From: Ramazzottius varieornatus
Lineage: Eukaryota; Animalia; Tardigrada
DNA: 64,000 nucleotides
Direction of reading: 5' to 3'
Assembly: GCA_001949185.1 (NCBI GenBank)
Contig: BDGG01000009.1
Location: 609,624-673,623, forward strand
The notes below the pieces were generated by a model that was not told where the DNA came from, did not search any database, and saw only the letters and a program-made list of their open reading frames with translations. This document shows positions 13,089 to 26,171 of this stretch, piece by piece. Both the position numbers and the translations under genes were made by a program. Position 1 is the stretch's first letter; each line of letters opens with the position of its first letter.

Positions 13089-14477
13089 AGTCAGCTACAG
13101 AGAAACTTCCCGGATTCTTATCCGAGAAAGACCTACCTCTGTATTGTGGTGATGTTTACTGATCTTCACGGTTCTCGCGACGAAATACCGCACTGTACCA
13201 TATATTGCAAGTTATCATCAAAAGGCTGTCTGTTGACTTGGTAGTACACTGTATATGCCGTCTTTCGGACTTTGGACTATGAATCGCTCGATAATCAATT
13301 CTGATGATCCCTACAGATGGCTCTGGAAACATTCATGGAACATTTCATGGAACAACATTTCATGTGTACTCCATAAAAGCATACTTAGTACACCGCCACC
13401 AGCTGCGGAGCAGCATGGCGGCACACTGGTGCGAGCGCTTTTCTTGAGATATTGATGGGCCCAGCCACGTAACTTAGTTATCTCTAGCCGGTCAAAAACA
13501 TCAAGTTGACCTTCAAAACATTAGCACACAAGTACGCCACAACGGCGGTTTATAGCTGACAAACGCACTGATGCATCTTGATCGGGGAAGGATAGATGAG
13601 CAACCATACTAGTGCAGTGTATAGATGAGTGCCTGGCGCGGCGAATAATTCGACAAATTATCCCGAAATGAGTTATTCTTGCTACCGAGCCTTGCTACCG
13701 ATCCCACCGAAAAGAAAGAGGTGCCGGGGGATTTCAAGTTCTAAGCTCAAAGAGGCAATTAAATTTATTTTCCCATGCGGGTACGCCTCCATCGTAACAC
13801 GAAAGAACACAGAAATCACTGCTCCAGAAAAATGAAGAAATAAAGAAACAAGAACAGAGATCTGCCTGTAAGAAAACGAATGAATCTCTCTTGGAAAGTT
13901 TATCACAGTAGAAAGGACGGTAAAGGACAGGCAGCGCAGTCTGTTCGTTCCATAAACTATCTGCAGTCGGACGGAAAGTGCTATTTTGAGGGACGGTTTA
14001 TCGAAGAGCTCTGCGTAATCCGCCCATGTTCATCTAGGCACGAGATTCGGATGACGCGGTGACGCCATCGTCAAGGCTGATAATCCTACATTAAAGCAAC
14101 ATGATTAGCTCTCTATCACTGCCGTAAAGGTTCTTTGTGATCAACATTAGATGGGACGTCGGTAAATAATTTCATACTGATCGATATCGCACGTGGTGCA
14201 CTCTTGCACTGTAACTCGCTGAGTGCGTGCGCCACTTGATCTAACGATTTTGTCCAGTTTGTTGGCGCACGTTTCCATTGCAATTGGCTCGGAGCGTGCG
14301 TCAATTGCGAAAACGACCCGGCTGAAATCATTACCGACGTCCTAGATAATCTGCTCTTTGAATGTTGATGGCTTGATGCAACGACAAGCAGAGCGAGACA
14401 TGAAGGGAAGAAATGCTTACCCAGCACGCACGAGGAGCCATAAGATTCCCTTATGGCTGACTGCGGGACTCTAAAAC

Positions 14478-16495
14478 TCATTTGTACTCTTTGACAGTAA
14501 CACTGACAGTCCTTCCGGCATGGAAGACATCTCTGCCGGTGCTAATGACGGCAGCAGGCGGATTGTTATCCAGCCGCTTGAGTAGATTGACTTGATTATC
14601 GGGTAGTAACTGCAGTGTGTTGCTTGATGACGAGGAACGTCGCATCGCCGAGGCCTGTGCCATGCCGTTCAAGTTGAAGCTGGAAGCTGATGGGTGATAT
14701 CCTACGGCAAAAACAAATAGACCCCAATGTCAACACAACCCACGCTTTTGATGCAAGTCAACTTGACACTCAGCCAGCCAACTAAGGCAAATAAGCCTAA
14801 ACTACTTTCCGCTAAACTTCAGACTCGACACCGAAAGAAATTCTCCGAATCCGAAGGCCCACCACTAGATTATACTTGTTTATTTCGATACCACGCCCTA
14901 ATTTTTGTCAGAAAAGTTATCCTCACGTTACATATTTCGGAGTTTGTTATGATGGCAAAAACTTGGCACTTTGGGAGCTCGCCAGGCAAATTCGACCAGA
15001 TCGTATTTCCCAGTTGGCGCACTTCTCCAGTTTTCATTGGCTGGATGAGCGCGCCACTTTGGAAAAAAGTGTTGTTAAGTCCTACCAAGTGGCGTACGTT
15101 TCGGTACTGATGGCTACACGAGTGCGCCACCTGTGGAAATTATCCGGTCGAGTTTGTTTGTCGACTTCCTGATGTCGGATTTTGAATTTTGACGTCTCAC
15201 AGGCTTACCGCCGATTACGGGAGGTCTGGCGCTCTGTTGCAGCAGATGCTGACAAACATTGGGTTTCCGAAGTTTGAGAAGTTGACGGACGACCATCGTG
15301 ACGGGGACCAAGTTGAGCAGGAAGAGAAAGATGCCCATGGTCATGGAGACCACAGCCGGACTGTTTTCTGGGGCTTTCGTGACGGCCACAACAGCTGCTC
15401 CGTGTCCTGATGGATTAAAGTACTCATACCGCTCTTTTCACTTGAAGAGAAGGCTAATATTGACAGAATACATACCGACGGAAGCGATCGCCAGACAAGC
15501 TGCCAGCACGGAAAGGGCCAGATACGCCTCCAACATTGGCAGTAAGGAGCGAACATCGTGTTCGCTGATCTCCATCGGATTGGGCGGCTGGATGCAAATA
15601 CACCCCAGACTGATGCCCACCATCCCCGTAAACTACAAAAAGATATATATGAAACAACTGATCATCAAAAGGTACAATATCATAATAAGAATAACGGTAA
15701 AAAAATGAGCCGGATAATGCCGGAACAACCCAAATCAGGGAAACGCCCACAAGTTCAAAATTCATGCACTGGTGCGTGATATAATCTGCACTTTCCACAA
15801 TGTGCTGGGAGGCGAGTGTGACAAGAATAAAGTCGTTAAGGATGCGTGTTAGGAGATATTCCTTCCGGTATGTTAAATTGTCGTGTACGTACTATTGTCA
15901 GTCCGATGGTCACGTAGCAGGTTTCCAGATTTCCTACAGCGAATGAAAAAAGATGCATTCATTTATGCGCTTCCTTCACAGCTGCAAATAAACACCAGCT
16001 AATGAAAATCAGATAATGGACTGATGGTAGGTATTTTTCGTTTGGCCGAGCTCCATTAGCATGCTGAGCTAGAGTTAATGTGGAAGAAAATCGATCTGGA
16101 GGCCCGCAAACGAAGCGCGCAAGACTGTCGTCTCAAGTGGCGCACTTTTTCATTCTTACTGGCTAGCGCCGCTTTGAGCTACAATCTTGTGCGTTCTGTT
16201 TGCCGGCCTCTCAGTTGGACTAACCCACAAGGATGCTTGGGAAAAGGAGGATGATGCCTATCAGCATCTCGATCAAGCCTATTACGACAGGTCCCCGACG
16301 AAGGCCGTAGTACAGAGACGAAGCTTGATAGCGGTTGTTGGCTGGTCCATTCGGTGGTGTTTCCAGGTTGTGGATGGCCATCTTGACGCTGTCCGTGTCA
16401 CTGTGAGGAGGGTCCCATGAACGGACGGAATGCCGGGAGTCTTTCCTGTAAGGGATAGAAACACTATCTTTGAAATCATCCTGATCATGATCCAT
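14478..16495 (-). CDS. Multi-exon membrane protein with ~4 hydrophobic segments (MS4A/CD20-like topology); exon structure approximate
   Basis: MDHDQDD... N-terminus followed by VVIGLIEMLIGIILLFPSILV, LVGVSLIWVVPA, AYLALSVLAACLAIASVG and MTMGIFLFLLNLVPVTMVV, then a Ser-rich tail ending TVKEYK*. Minus-strand splice signals present. Confidence 0.55.
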
Positions 16496-17202
16496 ACTGC
16501 CGGTCGGTGGGAGACGGAGCATATATGAAGGCGGAAGGAAACTGGAGAAGTTCCGTCGCTCGGGTAAACAAACTAACACTGACAGCCACAGCTGAACTTA
16601 CTCGATGGTTCATGAAGTTAGTAGAGTTGGTATAAGAAGAAAGAAATGCACTCTCGACCGCACTGCTCCGCTTCCCGTTGTGTAGTACCACCATGTGTAG
16701 TGTGTATATGCAGCCAGCGATCCGCTACAGTCGATGGCTATTCAGAGACCGGAAAGACAACTCTTGAGCAGTTATACGGAATGACGGACGGCCTGCGCAA
16801 ACCGGTGATACGTAGTCAGCAGTCCACGTACATCGCCGTTATGGATAACCTACAGGCCACGGAAAAGCGCATTTCAAGCAGAATGATTTTCAAGGCAGTG
16901 TACGATGGGAACCGAAGCCTTATTGACACCCACCGGCAGATGGGAGAACGTTCTGATGCTCCAGCTGATGGAAGCAGAATGGTTCTATTCGGGACTATAC
17001 TTCAGACTCATTGATCACGTAACGTCCCGTGAAGGTTGGCATATAGAAAATGATGATGAGCTAATGAGAGATCGAGTGTGCTTCTTGTGAATCCTTTTAG
17101 CGATCATATACACCCACAAGCTCGGCCGACGCCGAGCATCCAAGCAACAGGCAGCTTCAGCAGTCCAGACTGTGCAGTTCGATCGGTGTGGGCGATGTCG
17201 AG

Positions 17203-17297
17203 GGGAAGATAACTTCCTACTATCACAGCCTGGGAAAGATAACTTCCTACTATCCTGGGAAGATACCTGGAAAGATAACTTCCTACTATCACAGCCT
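17203..17297. repeat. Short imperfect tandem repeat, 3 x AAGATAACTTCCTACTATC
   Basis: Seen directly at ~17206, 17236 and 17272. Confidence 0.85.
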
Positions 17298-17716
17298 TCA
17301 CAAGTGACAGAGACAGGGCGGCTGCGCGGGGATAAATGGAAATTTAAAATGGAATTCCATGCCGGCGAAACCTAATGAATCGTATGAGCAGCACTTCTGC
17401 CTCATTCAACCATCAACACGCAACGAAGCACAAGCAGGGCGCAGACCCTTCGACATGGTTCGGCTTGCCTTGAATGATAAATTTTCTAGCCGTGGCGAAG
17501 GGTCTGGCGCTCAATCGACATCTTTCCAAGTCGCGCAACGAAAACGTTAACAGCTGATTCCGTCATTCAATTTCCTTCTGGTCATCGCTGCATGGTTAGA
17601 TCCTTCTGTCTTCCGGGAGAGTTTGGCACTTCGGAATCTCTGTTCGGAGCTGACGCGTGAACTACCGAACTGACCGGAGTAATAGTTCACATACGGTCAA
17701 TGTTCCAACTCGCGGA

Positions 17717-19415
17717 ATGGAGCGTCTGTTGATGAAGGAGCTTGCGTCCACTTCGGTCTCACCGGCAGGAGGATCAGGTGGAGGATGTATCAGCCAAGGA
17801 GCGGGCTATTTGACGGATAATTACGGCCATGTTTTTGTCAAGCAGAACAAAAAGAGTGGGGTTTGTGTTAATCGACGGTTTTATTCGAGAGAAGTTCGCC
17901 GAGAACTCCAACCTGTAATATTTTGCTGTCTTGCTTTGTATAGGCTGCAACGATGTTTATGGGAGAGCTGGAAGGACTCAAAGCGCTGGAAGGCACAGGA
18001 TGCATAAGAGTTCCGAAACCCATTAAGGTACACAACGGAGACGCTCGATAGTTCGCAGCATGCAAAACATCTAAGCAGGGAATCGATAAAATACTACTAA
18101 TGACTTTAACGGAAATTACAACAACTAAGTTTTGCGTGCGGGGAGCCGGAAGTGCCCTTCACCGCTGGACAAGGAAGTACCATATGCTGGTGTGTAGTAA
18201 TGCTTTGATCATTCTCTTTTCAGGTATTTCCTATGCCCGACGGTGGAGCCGCAATTATCGTAGAACATGTACATATAAAGCCCTTGTCGCCAACGTGTGA
18301 GGCGGAAGCAGGTACTAACCTCGCACGGTGAGCTGGAGAACCTCTGTCCTTCGTGCATGTATGTTATTGTACCTTACTAAGCGTCAAAGTGTTCGCTTGC
18401 CTCTCTCCGCAGACTGCACCTTCACAATCGTGAGCTGAAAGAAAAAGCGGAAAGTTCGGGCGACGGCAATTCATTACGGTATGTTGCCGAGTTCGGGTTC
18501 TCGACCACCACATGCTGTGGATACATACCGCAAGACAATACGTGGACGGACGACTGGGTCGTAAGTTAAATTTTATTATCCTGAAACGATTGCAGGATGC
18601 ATGATGATATCGCTGCAAAATAACCTAGCATCTCATATGGGAAATCTCGACAACCTCGTTTTCTACGTGGCGCAACGTTTTAGTTATTAACACTGAATAC
18701 GTGCGTCACTTGGGAAATCAATATTGCCGAGTTCGTTATGCAGCTTCCCAAAGTTCTGGTTTTTTTGGTTTCTCCTTATAGACATTCTTCACCCAAAGAC
18801 GACTGGAGCTTCAAGTGAATCTAGCCGTCAAAAAATATCACGATCAAGAGCTCCTCCATCAGTGGACGGCTATGAAACCGAAAATTCCGTCTTTCTTCAA
18901 AGGGATTGTCGTGCAGCCTTCTCTCCTTCATGGTGTAAGACAATTTGTGCGTGCCGAAGAGGACTTGGTACATTCTGCTGTTGGTTTTCCAGGACCTGTG
19001 GGGAGGAAACATTGGGCAGACGGCAAAGGGCGAACCCATTGTTTTCGATCCAGCAGTGTTTTACGGACATGACGAATATGATTTAGGAATCTCGTCCATG
19101 TTTGGTGGTTTCGGAAAGTCTTTCTTCGACGCATACCACAAGTTGATTCCTCGGACAGAGGGCTTTGATGTCCGCCAAGAACTGTACAAACTGGTAGGCT
19201 TCGAGCCGACAATAGTTTCGATTCTCCAATGTGGTTTCTAAGAAGGAAGTGCAATCTTATTCTTGTCTTCGAAATTGTAGTTCCATTACCTCAACCACTA
19301 CAACCACTTTGGATCAAGGTACGCCATTTTCAAAGTGTATCATACCCCTTTGGCGCATTTTATTTGCAGTTATCGGGGTTCCTGTATGAAAATACTGAAA
19401 AACCTCGCGCGTTGA
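17717..19415 (+). CDS. FN3KRP: Fructosamine-3-kinase / ketosamine-3-kinase family protein (~8 exons)
   Basis: GGGCIS, VFVKQN, MFMGELEGLKAL..T..IRVPKP, LARLHLHN, FGFSTTTCCGYIPQDNTWTDDW, PSLLHGDLWGGN, FDPAVFYGHDEYDL, LYKLFHYLNHYNHFG. Confidence 0.93.
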
Positions 19416-19663
19416 GGGACAACCATGCGGTCGAAAGCGGGACCAGTTTGTACATACTGCCAAGTAGTGTAGAGCCTGCGAAGGAGCACAAACATCGAGA
19501 CCCCGTGACACTGCTGAATGGTGTCCAGCTGGGAGAGACAGGATAAGGTTCGTCAAGCAAGGAGTCACGGCACACGTATCAGGAAATCAAAACACAACAA
19601 TACCAGAAGACCAAAACATAACAGAGTATTAAAATAGATCTATGACGTTATATGGAAGCTGCG

Positions 19664-20150
19664 TTACTTCTTCATTTCTTTCGCTTTGTCTTCCGCTACT
19701 GATGTCACCTTGTTCCAAGCTTCTCCCGGTGTAAGAACTTTCGGGACCTAAAAGAAAACGAAATATGGCTCCCCAAATGTTACTGTATGAACGTCGATAT
19801 AGGCCTTCTTTAGAGCAACGCGAAAACAAGGCGTATATAAACTCGTACATTGTAGTTTTGCGCAGCGTAAAGTCCGGTGTACGTTCCTGCAGCGAAACCC
19901 ACCTACGACGAAGATGAAAATTCATTGGGATCAAACATCATTTTGGGGTTCATAAATCACGGGTAACGCACAACTCTAGTAATAAGCTCTGAGAGGAAGT
20001 CGTTCGCAAGAAGGCAGTTCCGCTTACCAAAGTGCGGAACATGGCGGGCGATTGCACAAACTTCCTGTAGATACCCCACGCGAGTAGTCCTTGTGCTCCT
20101 CTCTTGAGAACTGTCGGATTCGACAGAGCTTTCTGGACGATATCCGACAT
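19664..20150 (-). CDS. STMP1: Short transmembrane mitochondrial protein 1-like microprotein (exons ~20150-20028, 19902-19849, 19747-19664)
   Basis: Spliced product ...MFRTLVGFAAGTYTGLYAAQNYNVPKVLTPGEAWNKVTSVAEDKAKEMKK* matches the STMP1 signature GF..G...G.Y.AQNY.(I/V)P. Canonical GT-AG introns; not recovered intact by the ORF track. Confidence 0.8.
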
Positions 20151-20653
20151 CTGATGTCACAGCCTCGAAAAGCTAACTAGAACGTACTTGCTGGTACTGT
20201 GATTTCCTTATTCAAGTCACAAGACTTCGAGATTCCGAGAACTGTCGATGACGAAAACTGGCGCGCAAACGGCCACAACTGTTAGGTGAAAGAAGAGCTT
20301 ACTGTATGTGAAACAGGAGAATCCAGGACTCAAACTGGGAAGAGGGTTTTCCGCGAGAAGTAAAACACAAATTCCCGTTTCATTTGTGTTAATTAACCCA
20401 AGTTAAAGACTTTGCGATATTCGTTCTTTTGGGTCGTAATAAATCAGCAATCAATCATACGACTTGACTAATTCAACATACTGACGTCACAATGTAAACA
20501 TTCGATGACCAGGCAACTTCCGTTTGCTTTCATCAGCTTCGTCGTTCGGACTCCTTCTCCGTTTCGCCACTATTACTATAGTTCACGCGTTTCAGTGCGA
20601 TCTTCCTTTCGCGTCGGTCCTACTTCCTCTGCTGTTCGCCCTGTGAATCTAGG

Positions 20654-22001
20654 ATGGACGTGAACAAGCTGAAGGAGGTGTACAAGCAAAAAGGAGCGGT
20701 GATCCTCCGCGACTTCCTGTCGGAAGAGTGGATTCAGCGAGGTATCAACGGCGTGGAACAGGTCTTCGCTAATCCAAGTAAGTATGCGCAGACCTTCCCG
20801 TACGTGTATGGCGAAGGCCACTACTTTCGCGACTACGGGAACTGGAAGGACAATGTCGATATCAGAGACTTGATCTTCAAATCGCCGATCGTGAAAGCCA
20901 TAGCTGACATCGTCGATTCGCGCAGTGTCACTCTCTACCACGACCAAACCATCGTCAAAGATCCACGAAACATGTTGCTAGTGGGGTTTCAGCAACGGAT
21001 GAGCAATTATCCTTTTGCCGGAAGCCAGGTATACCGAGGTTAACGCGTGGTCGATAGATTCATTGGGGAACTCGGTAAACAAAGTTCCGCACGTCGTTGT
21101 GCCAAGTGGCGCTCTTTTTCAATGTAATTCGCTGGCATCATGCGCCACTTGGTTAAACGGTCTGCGCGACTCGCTTTGCCATGTCGTTCTTACGTGTCTG
21201 TTTTAGGGGTGTACGGCTTACGTTACTCTGGACAGAGTTCCTTTGGAAACTGCGCTGAAAGTAGTCATTGGATCTCATCTGTGGGGAAAGACTTTCTATC
21301 CCGATGGTTTCAATCCGCAGTGCGTGTCTGAAGAAGCGAAGAGTGACCAGTACGAAACGGTGCCCAATATCTTCGCGATGCACGACTTGGGCATAATGGA
21401 GTGGAGTCTGAGTAATGCATTCCTCTGTTACTCATCGTGTAAATAATCGCTTAGGTGGATCTCACTCTGCAGTAATCAACTGTTTTTCCAGATCCTGGAG
21501 ACGTTATTCTTTATGACATGAGGTGTGTGGTGTCCACGAATGGCAATGCGACGGAACATCTGCAGCGGGCTTTAGGTCTGCATTTTTTCGGCGAGGACGC
21601 CAAGTTTGTTGAACGACCATGGCCGATCAACCCACCTTTCACCGGTACGTGAATCGGGCATCTCTTGTCTGTTGGTACTCGTATTTATTCCGAATTTGAG
21701 TAGCAGTTTTGATCAAGTGACCCAGGCAAATTCGTTTTTCCATGTGGCGCACGCATTCAGTCAGTAGCAATGAAAACGTGCGCCATGGGTTAAAGAACCC
21801 GTCGAGTTCTCTCAAGTGGCGCATCGTTCAGCAAACAACAATGCAGACCTGCGCCAAGGGAACAGCATGTTGTCTAGTTGCCTGCTGAGCTCATTAAGCT
21901 GATGTTTCGTTCTAGGAAATCTAAAAATGGGCGACCATCCTTCCAAAGACCCATCCATGTTCCCGATCGTCTATCCCGATTCCTCCCGCGAGAGCGCTTA
22001 A
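20654..22001 (+). CDS. Phytanoyl-CoA dioxygenase (PhyH)-fold protein, apparently lacking the Fe ligands (4 exons: ~20654-21028, 21207-21411, 21492-21643, 21916-22001)
   Basis: Y...GAVILRDFLSEEWI, LYHDQTIVKDP, LKVVIGSHLW, EWSLNPGDVILYD, HFFGEDAKFVERPW, FPIVY; this is the PhyH family layout. Confidence 0.8.
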
Positions 22002-22603
22002 TGAACTCCCCGTATCTCGCTATTAATTCTCCAGAGACATTTTCGCTGCGTGCACGAGATTCGCATACCCACAGTCCCAGCCCGATCTCCGTTTCCGGTA
22101 CAAAAATGGCCAGCTCGGTCATCGATCCTGTCTACCAAATTCCATTTAAAGCAGCTTCTCGTCGAGTGTTGTGTGTGGTTGGCGTCGTTTATCGAATCAG
22201 TGACTGAACAAGTAGTTCGTAATTTATGTTGAAAGTTTAAGGGCTTTGAACCTTTGTTTGCTGCGAGGTTGTGCTCTTTCCTCAGGTGGTCAAACAGTAA
22301 AGCGCAGATATGCTACTTGATCAAGACGGATCAAGGTTCGTTAAGGATCCAGTGTCAACTTCCGGAAACTTAGACATCTTGAGGACGGATTCTTAAGGCT
22401 TTCAGTGAGGTATGTTCCACCTGCACGAATTGCTTTTTGTTGATTTTTTCGTATTAGACGAAAGGCTTCTCAATTAACCATAACAAGTAAGGAATAATCT
22501 ATTTGCTGCGGAAATATCTTTACAAAGATAACAACATTGAACATTCGAAACGTGAAAGAAATTCGTAACCGGTAGACTAATTTAGGAAAGGGTTTTGATA
22601 TTT

Positions 22604-25600
22604 TCAGGTTGAGGTCCCTGTCGCGCTTTTGCCGTATGGTGTGTCGTAGGTCGTGTCGGCTTTCCCATATCCTCCGCCGTAGCCGCCGGAAGAGGGATAA
22701 CTAGCTGCGCCGGAATGGCTTGCAGGGCTTCCGCCGCTGTAGCTACCTTGTGCCTGAGCTCCGTAACCTTGACCTTTGTTGTAGTAAGACTTTTCCGGAT
22801 GGAGGGTGTTTTTTCCATACAGAGCGAAGTCCTGAGCGGTGGGGATACCGTAGGGGGCTGAAGAAAAATCAATCAGTTTCAGAATGTCCAGCACAGTCAG
22901 GAAGTTCTTTCTGCTCCTTAACTTACCCAAGTCATAATTGTAACCCAGATAGTACGGCCTGTAACCATAGCCGAAACCTCCATAAGCACCATATGGATAC
23001 GGAGAACCTCCTGACGGATAGCCGAACCTGAAAGGAACATCAATGCGGTAAATATTGAGTCATTCACTGCTTGAGCGTGCAAATGGGACGTCGGCAAAGT
23101 GGCGCACGTTTTCATTGTTATTCGCTAAGAGCGTGCGCCACTTGGGGAAACGTTTTGGGTGAATTCATTATTTTGTCCATACCGGGTGCCCGAGAGGCGA
23201 GAATCTCAGATACGCGAGTACGTTACTGGCCATTTATTTTTAATGTTTTTAACTTACCCGGTAGCGCCAGCAGCTCCGCCCTGGAAAGGACTGTATCCTC
23301 CTCTTGCACCACCGCCATATCCGCCTGCACCACCACCACCGTAACCTCCACCGCCACCGTAGCTGCTTCCTTGACTGTAACCTGCCGGTCCGGTGGCACC
23401 GCCACCATAGCTTGGCTGACCACCGTAACCGCCTCCACCATATTGCCTGGCTTGAGGACCTGCTGGTGCGTCGTCAAAGGCACGAGGCTGAGCTTGCGCA
23501 GGGGTGTCATTGGCGCTAGCCGGGGCTTGGTCCGAAGGAGTGGGCGGTGGCGTTGGTGGTTGGTCATTCACAGCAGCCGGTTGAGGTGGAATGAACATGC
23601 CATCAGTTGGGTTTCCTCCTTGTGGTGGTTGGAACTGCGGAGGAAAAGATCGGGCGTCTTGTGGGAATGCACCTGGTGGTACGTTGGGGCTCTGTTGACC
23701 AGGTAAGAAGTTGCTTGGTTGAGCTCCGAACTGGTCGAACGGTTGTTGAGGTATCGGTTGCATTTGAGGTTGGGAGTTGGCGAAAGGGTTGAACTGAGTT
23801 TGAGACAGGTCTTGGAACTGGCCACCGGAAGTGGACTGGGCCGCAGCGGCTTGTTGGCGTTGTTCGGGAGTGAGGAACTGGTTGAACTGGTCTTGAGGTA
23901 AGGCTACTTGTTGGAACATGTTAGCCTGTTGTTGACCTTGGGGACCGAAGGTGGGTGCGGGTTGGGACTGGAAAGCGCTGGCGGCTGGCTGCATGGGACC
24001 AAGTGGACTAAACTGCTGACCAGGTTGAGGCTGGAAAGCGGGGATTTGCTGGCCTGGCTGTGGTTGGAAGGTGGGGTTCTGTTGACCGGGTTGAGGTTGG
24101 AATGGTGGTTGCATGTTTTGTAGGTTCGGAGCTTGGAAGGGGTTGTTGTCGGCCAGGAACTGGTTCTCCGTTTGAGCGAAGGGATCGGCGGCGTTCAGGT
24201 TCGGCTGGTGAGACTGTAGTTCAATCTGTCCAGCCTGGTTGGCCTGCTAGAGAAACAACGTCGAGTAAAACACCTTTCCAAAAGTTTTTTGTCGGGAAAA
24301 AAAGTTCGACTGAAATGAAACTTGAGACAATTTTTGATGTAAATGCACTCGTCAAGATCGTTTGCCCAAGTGGCGCACGCTTACCGCACGAAATACTCGA
24401 AATGTGCGCCACTTAGGAAAGCGATCTTGCCAAGTTTCCTTCAAGTGGCGCATGCTTTTAGTCGATAACACTGAAAACGTGCGCCACTAGGGAAAACATG
24501 TTTATCGAGTTTGCTTGCCAAGCTCTCGGTTATACTGATGAATTTTTTCGATTTTGAAAAGTCGATAGCGGATGTTCTGTTTACTGTCAGATATTTACCT
24601 GGCTTTGTAGGTTGGTAGCTGTCGACTGGAAGGCGTCACCCTGACGAGCGCCTGGACCCGGTTGGAACCCTGGCTGAGGACCTTGAGCTGGCCTGTTGTT
24701 CAGTATGCCCGCAGTTGGCTCCCCATCAAGCTGCTCGCCTTGGCCGAAGCCGACGAACTGCCCTTGATTGTTGGTGAGTCCGTTACCTATTAACTGCTGT
24801 GAAGGTATGGTACCTTGCTGTTGCGGTGCGAAGTTGAACTGCTGTGGTGCGATCTGACCTTGCGGCAAGAACTGTGGCCGGAATGACTGTTGCTGCTGAG
24901 GGAAGAAGTTGTTGCCATCTTGCTGTGGCAAGAATGTCGGTCGTTGTTGTTGAGGGTTCTGTTGGGGAAACCGTTGCTGAGATTGCTGGACGAAATTAGT
25001 GAAAGGTATCTGTTGAGTTGGTATATTTTGATGTGGTGGAAGGGATGAAGGGACACTGCCGATCAACGTCTGTTGCTGTTGTTGGAAATTGGCACCGTTG
25101 AAGGTTTCTTGATTGGATGGGGCTTCCGTGACGGGAGCTGGAACAAAGTTGATCTGAGCCACGCGTCCTTCTGGGCCTTGAGCGGCCACCTGTTGAGGAA
25201 CTTGTTGAGGTTGATATTGGCCATACGTGTCACTTGTGATAGCTTCAGGCTGTGCAGGCGGAGCGTATTGTTGCTCTAATTGCTGGTTGTACTCTTGAGG
25301 TTGATTCTGTAGGTCCCCGGTGATGACCGGTTCCGGTGTTTGCGTTTGTTGAAGGGGTCCAGCAGTCAAGTCAGGTATCTGCTGAATGTTGCCGCCAGTC
25401 TGCTGGGTCCAGCGGGAAATGTCCGGATAGTCTGCTGGTCCGGGCGTGGGCCGGAAAGAAGGTGGCGCCACTTGTGGGATGAATGGTCCGTCGTCTTGTT
25501 TCTGTGGTGGTGGGGCCTCTTTGGTTGAGTCATCAGAGCTCTTGTCGATGTCCGCCGAGAACTGATTGACCTTTGCAGGGCGGGCTGTGGACGTGCTTGT

Positions 25601-26171
25601 TGTGGACCTTATAGGTCCGAAGCCGATTAAGGATGATGTGTTGTGGGCGACTCGCCGTAGTGAGAGGAACGTGGGCTTATTGTCGTAGGTGATGGCGTTG
25701 GTCTGTAGTATATCGGGAGGATCTGAGCTGTCATCTGGAGCGTCGGACCTTACGGCCAGGGACGCTCTGAAGAAGTTGCCACGGTTGAAGCTACTCTGGT
25801 CACTCCGTACAGGGACTTGGTACAGTACGTCCGGCGCACCGGAAACTGCAAGAAAAATATTCGGTCAAGTCTAATATCTTAAAAAGTAATTTTCCATTGT
25901 GCAAATCAACCACATGAATTCGGCAAAATGTATGGTTTGGATCAGGAACTTGATAATTTGACAAGCAGATTCGACCAGATTGATTTCCCAAGTGGCGCAC
26001 GCTCTCAGCCGAAACCACTGACAACGAGCGCCACTTGGGAAAACGATCTGGTCGAGTTCGTTTGCCACGCTTCCAAACATAAGAAAATTTGGCTAGAAAA
26101 TTTCGGAAAGTAGGCTTACCGTAATGTAAAAGTCCAGAGAGTAGAAATATGAATACCGACGAAGGCTTCAT
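22604..26171 (-). CDS. Large secreted Gln/Pro-rich, Gly/Tyr-rich low-complexity protein (5 exons)
   Basis: Signal peptide MKPSSVFIFLLSGLLHY; long open exons 24598-25847 and 23258-24247 with FQPQPGQQ and GGGGYGG repeats; short 3' exons ending GTST*. Confidence 0.75.

Noticed and set aside
16646-17090. ORF containing GKTT as a possible P-loop protein
   Set aside because: There is no full GxxxxGKT motif or Walker B and no clear exon structure; it lies between two divergent genes.
25460-25476. GGTGGCGCCACTTG (and a similar string at 30561) as element copies
   Set aside because: These have no 25-nt spacer or arms, and the first lies in coding sequence; they are probably chance matches.
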